From an uncultured Negativicutes bacterium (GTDB lineage: Bacteria; Bacillota; Negativicutes; JBAXTZ01): a DNA stretch of 64,000 nucleotides. A program made the translations under genes and the position numbers. The notes below the pieces were generated by a model. It did not search any database, had not been told where the DNA came from, and saw nothing but the letters and a program-made list of their open reading frames with translations. The stretch is taken from assembly GCA_963721525.1 (NCBI GenBank), contig CAVRJL010000008.1:1-64000 (forward strand), in the 5' to 3' direction. The first letter of the stretch is position 1. The number at the start of each line of letters is the position of its first letter. Positions 58,402 through 64,000 of this stretch are shown piece by piece.

Positions 58402-60500
58402 ATAATTTTACTAAATCCATTTTCGTTTTCTATGTTTATTATATCATCAAAACTATCTTTGATAGCATCTTGATGGGATATAATAAATATTGAAGAGCTA
58501 TCCATACCTTTTATTACTTCTACTACTGAATTGAAACCTTCTTCGTCAAGATTTTGATCTAAAATTTCATCAAAAACAAGTAAGTTAGTATCGGACGAAA
58601 AGAATGTTTTACTTAGAGCATGTAATGCGAATGCTGTGGCAATTTCAATACGAGTTTTACCACCAGCAGAAAATGACTTGAAATTTACTTCTCTATCATC
58701 ATAATTAATTGTCTCATTCAAATCTTTATCAAACTCAACTTTTATTTCTTTGTTGAAGAAAAATGGTAAATAGAAGTTGATACTCTCATTGAAGAAACCT
58801 ATCATCTTACCAATAAAATACTTTTTAAAACCAGCTTCTTTATTAGAAAATAACACTGAAAATATATCATAGTATTTCTTCTCATCGTTTATTTCTTTTA
58901 CTTCTTTTTCTTCAATTGAAAGAATAGATTGAATAGATTTCATTCTTTCTTCGTGTTGTTCTACAAATGTTTTATCATATACATTTTTAGCAGTTTCATC
59001 AATAACATTTATTCTGTTAGTATGCTCTTGAATAAACTTATTTATTGTTTCTTTTCTACTAGAAAGATTAGTAAGAAATTTTCTATCATATTTGGAAGCA
59101 TCTACATCAAACAATTCTCTTCTTAATAAAGAAATAGATTGTGAGGTATTTATATTTGTTCTTTCACTTTCTTCTACTCTTGTTTTTAATATAGATAGTT
59201 CATTGTTTAAAGTATTGAATTTTTCATAAGCACTGGATAATTGTTCTCTTGTATAATATGGAACACTTATTTGTTCTTTTAATAAGTTTATTTTTTCTGA
59301 TATTATTCTGTTTTTTTCTTTATTTTTCTTTATGGTATCTTCTAGCATAGGAATAAAATCAGAAATTTCTTTTATTTCTTTGGAGTAATTTTTTCGTAAC
59401 TCTTCTTTTATGGCATCTTTTATTTCTTGATGGCATACAGGGCATTCTGATTTATCATCTATATTTTCTAAAAATTTAGTTTGCTGCTGTAATTTTTGTT
59501 TATTCTCTTCTAACTGTATTTCCTCTGGCCCTTCATAAGCTTTTGAGTATTCTAATTCTTTTATTTTATTATTTAAATCTTCATATTTATTTATTATATT
59601 AGTTTCTTTATTTATATCAATAGATTTTAATTTCTCTATTTTTTCTAGTAAGTTCATTATTTGAACTTCCATGGTAGAGACATCAATGAGTTTTTGTTTT
59701 TCTGCGTTTATTCTTTGAGTAGTGATAGCATTCTTTTCTAACTTCTCTACGTTAGAGAGTTCATTAGAAACATCTATTTTATCTATTTCTTTTATATCAT
59801 TATTTAACGTTTCAATAGCAAGTAATAATTCAGAACGTTCTGTTTTTAAAGCTGTAAGAGTTGATTTTGCTTTTTCTTTATATTGTTCTATTGTTTGCTT
59901 TATAGTTTCAATACCAACAGTTGCTTTACCTATTTTCTCTTTATGAATAAATAAATTTTCATCAAGTTCTGCTATTATACCTTTTACTTTATCATAATAA
60001 GTTCCTATTTCTCTCAAAGAGAGAACGCTTTCTAACACTTTTAATCTATCTGCCCTTGAAGAACGAAGAAATGATGAATATAATTCTGATGAAAACAAAA
60101 TTGAGTTAGTGAGAGCAATAAATGGAACTTGAATTATATCAAGAATAAGATTTTGTGTATCTGCCATGTTCTTCATTGATAAATTCTTATCACCTTGAAA
60201 AATATAAAGAGCATTACCGTGAATTTCATGAGCCCTATATCTATAGATAGTATAAAGGGCTTCTTGTATCTCTAATTCAACTGAAACTTTACAATTTTTA
60301 TTAGTATTCCAATTTATAACGTCATCAACATTTTCTTGTAAAGATTTTCCATAAAGACACCAAAGAATGGCTTCAAACATAGAGGAATTATGACTAAGTA
60401 TTCCATTAGAAAAATATCTTTTTACTTCATTTACTTGTATATCATAACATGTCTCTTTTTTTTCTAATTTATGTATAGATTTTATTTTTGATAATATCAA
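58398..60500 (-). CDS. sbcC: Split intein C-fragment (38 aa) plus SbcC/Rad50 (gp46-like) main part
   Basis: CYDIQV..YFSNGILSHN|SS; coiled coil with CPVC hook; FSAGG signature; VFDE; ISH. Confidence 0.9.
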   Translation of the reverse strand: MILSKIKSIHKLEKKETCYDIQVNEVKRYFSNGILSHNSSMFEAILWCLYGKSLQENVDDVINWNTNKNCKVSVELEIQEALYTIYRYRAHEIHGNALYIFQGDKNLSMKNMADTQNLILDIIQVPFIALTNSILFSSELYSSFLRSSRADRLKVLESVLSLREIGTYYDKVKGIIAELDENLFIHKEKIGKATVGIETIKQTIEQYKEKAKSTLTALKTERSELLLAIETLNNDIKEIDKIDVSNELSNVEKLEKNAITTQRINAEKQKLIDVSTMEVQIMNLLEKIEKLKSIDINKETNIINKYEDLNNKIKELEYSKAYEGPEEIQLEENKQKLQQQTKFLENIDDKSECPVCHQEIKDAIKEELRKNYSKEIKEISDFIPMLEDTIKKNKEKNRIISEKINLLKEQISVPYYTREQLSSAYEKFNTLNNELSILKTRVEESERTNINTSQSISLLRRELFDVDASKYDRKFLTNLSSRKETINKFIQEHTNRINVIDETAKNVYDKTFVEQHEERMKSIQSILSIEEKEVKEINDEKKYYDIFSVLFSNKEAGFKKYFIGKMIGFFNESINFYLPFFFNKEIKVEFDKDLNETINYDDREVNFKSFSAGGKTRIEIATAFALHALSKTFFSSDTNLLVFDEILDQNLDEEGFNSVVEVIKGMDSSSIFIISHQDAIKDSFDDIINIENENGFSKII

Positions 60501-61485
60501 AAGTTATCTCCTTGTTATTATTGAAAATAAACAATAGATATCCATTATATCCATTATTTTTAGCATACTCTTCTGCTGCTCTTCTTTTACACATATTTGT
60601 TTCTATTTGTAATTTCCAAAAATAAGAACTTTTTACCTCTATCAAGTAGTTATTCAAAACAAAATCTATAAAATATATTTTTACTTTGTTATCATAAGTG
60701 TCAAAATATTCTATATTAGGACCCCTATCTATATTTAAATTATTATCCAAAACCTCTAATAAAAACTTTTTTTCATATGAACTTTCAACATAAATATTGC
60801 CTATTGTTTCTTTTTTGAAATAACCACTTCCGTGATAATTTTTTTTGGTTCTTTCTAATATTTCTTCTTTTGTCAATCTATCCCAAAATTCTTTTGAAAC
60901 TTTTCCAAGAAACTTTGTCTTTTCTTTTTTTTGTTCGTCAGTAAAGTAGTTCCAACCATTTCTTTTTATATTTATTTCTTTTTGTTCTTCTTTCGGTCTG
61001 CTGTGAAAAGTATTTGCTTTTTTTATTGCTATTTCTTTTTTCTTTTCTTCTGATAACGATAATATCAAATTTCTTTGTGTAGTTTTATTTGTTTCTATTC
61101 TTCTTTTACTATACTGTTCTCTCAATAAACTAAATCTACCATTTTTCCAACTTTCTGTTCTTATATCTCCCATAATAGTTTTGTTTAGTTTTTTTAGATT
61201 TCTACTTCTTGAACAGTAAGAACAAACATTTTTATTTTCATCTTTTTTCCTTACATAATAAGAAAAGGCTACATCAAATTTACAACCACATACCAAACAT
61301 TCAATTGTTATTTTTCCACATTTAGAAAATAGTGGTTGTTTAAGTTTATCAATCCAAAGTCCATCACAAAAATCTACAATAGATAAATCATCAATAGTTA
61401 TTCCAAGCTGATTTATTTGTCTAATAAAAAATCTTCTTTTTGTATTTTTATCTTCAATATATTTAGTAAGCTCTTCGTTAGTCAT
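60469..61485 (-). CDS. Free-standing homing endonuclease between the intein halves
   Basis: CxxC..CxxC; ESSYE..YFIDF..IEVKS PD-(D/E)xK motif. Confidence 0.75.
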   Translation of the reverse strand: MTNEELTKYIEDKNTKRRFFIRQINQLGITIDDLSIVDFCDGLWIDKLKQPLFSKCGKITIECLVCGCKFDVAFSYYVRKKDENKNVCSYCSRSRNLKKLNKTIMGDIRTESWKNGRFSLLREQYSKRRIETNKTTQRNLILSLSEEKKKEIAIKKANTFHSRPKEEQKEINIKRNGWNYFTDEQKKEKTKFLGKVSKEFWDRLTKEEILERTKKNYHGSGYFKKETIGNIYVESSYEKKFLLEVLDNNLNIDRGPNIEYFDTYDNKVKIYFIDFVLNNYLIEVKSSYFWKLQIETNMCKRRAAEEYAKNNGYNGYLLFIFNNNKEITFDIIKNKIYT

Positions 61486-61503
61486 AGTAAAAAATGGTTC
61501 CTT

Positions 61504-61947
61504 TTATTTATCATTCTTTACCTTTGCGTCATCACAAACTATCTCATCACTATTACTCAAATCTCTTACAAATACCCATCCTCTTTGCGTCATAACTCTA
61601 TGTTCCCCAGAACATTTCATTTTTTTTCCATTTTCTAATTCAAATTCATACATATCTTGTTCTTCTGTAATGAACATTCCTTCTATAAGTTTCCAACCTT
61701 CATCTGTTTTTACGTGAATTTTGTCTTCAATCAAGTAAATATCATTAGGTAATCCATCTTCTGGAAATAAACTCCCTATTTCTATTATTCCAAATTCTTT
61801 TGTTTCTATCAGCGTATTTTTAGAAACGCATTTACCAATCATATTCTTACCAGACACAAGACGTATTCCTGTATGGTCCAGATTTAAAGTTTGTTCTTCA
61901 TCACCATATGACTTGAAATTTTTCAATGAAATTTTTCTAAATACCAA
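61504..61947 (-). CDS. sbcC: SbcC N-terminal 39 aa plus intein N-fragment (108 aa)
   Basis: LKNFKSY..SGKNMIGK|CVSKNT...KCSGEHRV. Confidence 0.9.
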   Translation of the reverse strand: MVFRKISLKNFKSYGDEEQTLNLDHTGIRLVSGKNMIGKCVSKNTLIETKEFGIIEIGSLFPEDGLPNDIYLIEDKIHVKTDEGWKLIEGMFITEEQDMYEFELENGKKMKCSGEHRVMTQRGWVFVRDLSNSDEIVCDDAKVKNDK

Positions 61948-61956
61948 TTACTTCTC

Positions 61957-62190
61957 CTAAATTCCCATCATTTTTAAAAAACCAAGTATTACAACTACAG
62001 CACCGATAGTATAAATAATTATCATTATAGAGTAACAAATAATTTTCTTTATTTTATCAAGTTTTGGATTTTTTATATTTTTACAATTATGAGCGTCTCC
62101 AGAAATGAACTCTATCCATCGGCCAACTAAACCTATATCATCTCCACATTGCTGACATTGAGACCATTTATATTTTTGTAAATTATTCAT
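61957..62190 (-). CDS. Small membrane protein with CxxC
   Basis: CQQCG; C-terminal TM segment. Confidence 0.6.
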   Translation of the reverse strand: MNNLQKYKWSQCQQCGDDIGLVGRWIEFISGDAHNCKNIKNPKLDKIKKIICYSIMIIIYTIGAVVVILGFLKMMGI

Positions 62191-62341
62191 TTTTCCACTT
62201 TTAACAATAAAAGATTATATGTAATTAATGATAAAGCTAACCCTGATAAAACTATTCCAGCCGTTGGAAATCCAATAATACTTGTTATTACTCCAGTCAA
62301 AGCCATTACAATAGATGTAATACTTCTTGCTAATTTCTCTG

Positions 62342-63304
62342 TCATTTTATTTCCTCCACTAACTTGTCAAATCTTTTTATTAATTCTTTATTTTCAACAC
62401 CTTCAATTTTCACTTCATTTAAATATTGTTTAATGATAGTTGAAATGCTGCCACTTCCATCAAGTTTTACATCTTGTAAGGAAACTTCTTCTGCTTCTTT
62501 TTCAAATAATGGTCTTACTTCTATGGCGCCACGAGAGTATAAAAGGTGACGTAGTTTTACAAAATTTTCTACTTTCTTGTTAATTTTCACTTGAACGAAA
62601 GTATTTTTATATTCATACTTATCGAAATCTTCTATATTTATAGTAAGATGTTTTGGAGCATTAGTATAGGGAACAAATTTACTCTTTCCTTCATTTATAA
62701 CTAAAAATCCCTTTTCTTGTCCTTCTTCTCCAAAGTTTTTTTCATAAGGAGAACCAGCATAAACTATATTACCGTTTTTCTGATGTCTGTGAAAATGCCC
62801 CGACGCAACCAAATTATAATTAGAAAAATCTTCTGGGGAAAATCCATCATCAACATTAGTAAAACCATTATCAAATTGAAAAGAAGTTATTGGCAAATGT
62901 GTAAGCAAAGTTTTATTACGATTTGGAATTTTGGATTTGTCTTTTGTATATGATAATAAATCGAAATAATCATTTTCTATTTCCAAAGAACAACTATCTT
63001 TTATTACTCTTCCAAAAGGAGAAAAAGTTTCAACTATACTATCATTACTATCGTTCCATATATCATGATTCCCTAAAAGGAAAATAAGTTCAAATCCTTC
63101 TTTTTTCATTTCTATAAATTTCATAAATAATGGAACAAATGCTTCATTATGAATTTTAGTAGCTTTTTCAAATATGTCCCCGTTTATGACAAGCGTTCGT
63201 AGAGAACGTTCTTTACAATACTGACATAAATAATTTAGATAATCAATTGTAATAGATATCCAAATACCTTTCTCTATATGAAAATCACCTGTAAAAACAA
63301 TCAC
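62342..63304 (-). CDS. sbcD: SbcD/Mre11 (gp47-like) metallophosphoesterase nuclease
   Basis: GDFH, NGDIF, GNHD, SGHFH, YAGSP. Confidence 0.9.
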   Translation of the reverse strand: MIVFTGDFHIEKGIWISITIDYLNYLCQYCKERSLRTLVINGDIFEKATKIHNEAFVPLFMKFIEMKKEGFELIFLLGNHDIWNDSNDSIVETFSPFGRVIKDSCSLEIENDYFDLLSYTKDKSKIPNRNKTLLTHLPITSFQFDNGFTNVDDGFSPEDFSNYNLVASGHFHRHQKNGNIVYAGSPYEKNFGEEGQEKGFLVINEGKSKFVPYTNAPKHLTINIEDFDKYEYKNTFVQVKINKKVENFVKLRHLLYSRGAIEVRPLFEKEAEEVSLQDVKLDGSGSISTIIKQYLNEVKIEGVENKELIKRFDKLVEEIK

Positions 63305-63306
63305 AC

Positions 63307-63549
63307 TTATTCCCTTCTTGGAGTTCCATCGCTATTTCTTTTTATTGGCGTATAATTACTGTTGCTTCCACCAATACTTCTGTCAAACAAGCATAAATCA
63401 ATAGGACCTCTCATTATATCATCATATGACACTAAACAAGTACTTCGTCCTTCGTTCCCTTCATAGTGAATAATTACGGAAAGTCGTGAAACTTCTTTTA
63501 TTATTTTTGCTGATTTACCATTAGTTAATCTTACTTTTTGTCCTATCAT
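63307..63549 (-). CDS. Hypothetical protein
   Basis: 80-aa ORF in operon. Confidence 0.6.
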   Translation of the reverse strand: MIGQKVRLTNGKSAKIIKEVSRLSVIIHYEGNEGRSTCLVSYDDIMRGPIDLCLFDRSIGGSNSNYTPIKRNSDGTPRRE

Positions 63550-64000
63550 CTTTCATCCTTTTTTCTATATATTCTCTATATGACGCAATTTCCATTACAT
63601 CTTTATCTATATCACCAGTTAATAATGCGGCCACTTCACAATCTTCAAGATTAGGAATTGGTGAATTTGTATTAATCATCTTTTACCCTTTTTTTATGTA
63701 TTATATTACCAAAACTATCATATTGTTCTACAACTATTCTTTCTCTTTTAGGTTTGATATCTTCTTTTATAAACTCTCTTGCTTTTTTTAAAGAATAAAA
63801 TGGTCCTGTACAAGCAAGACCTTGATGAACTTCAAAATACTCCCCATTATCAATTATTGTATATCCGATATCCTCTTCTTGAGGATATATTTCTGGAGCA
63901 GGGGTTTTGCTTTTTTGGAGTATTTTTTAAATGTTTCAAAAGACATCTTTCATTTTCTGTCATATATTTATTATACTATTTCTATAAAATCTTGTCAAGC

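Noticed and set aside
1-64000. Stop-codon reassignment as the cause of gene fragmentation
   Set aside because: Conserved genes (def, MTases, sbcD, HNH) are full length in code 11; the breaks are explained by inteins, inserted genes or a frameshift.

Overview
AT-rich 64-kb segment of a large (jumbo-like, T4-style) dsDNA bacteriophage genome, standard genetic code, mostly minus-strand. Left part (1-26.5 kb): early/accessory region with many sigma70-type TTGACA-N17-TA(T/C)AAT promoters, small ORFs, atypical tRNA-like genes, a ~5-kb array of structured non-coding units and a non-autonomous IS200/IS605-type element inside a PC4/YdbC gene. Right part: replication and recombination genes, two methyltransferase-endonuclease pairs, and putative virion genes preceded by a GTAAAGATAA motif. 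Replication genes include DnaB/gp41 helicase, primase, DnaE, SbcC/SbcD and a resolvase. Most striking: (1) 18 unrelated small proteins carry a Q-[LIM]-x-F-x-F peptide resembling a beta-clamp-binding motif, and a truncated beta-clamp-like gene lies next to the main cluster; (2) three genes are fractured by split inteins, one with a 22-aa N-fragment, and DnaE is encoded in four pieces; (3) a dense array of paralogous structured RNAs. All family assignments come from motifs recognised by eye; no searches were run.
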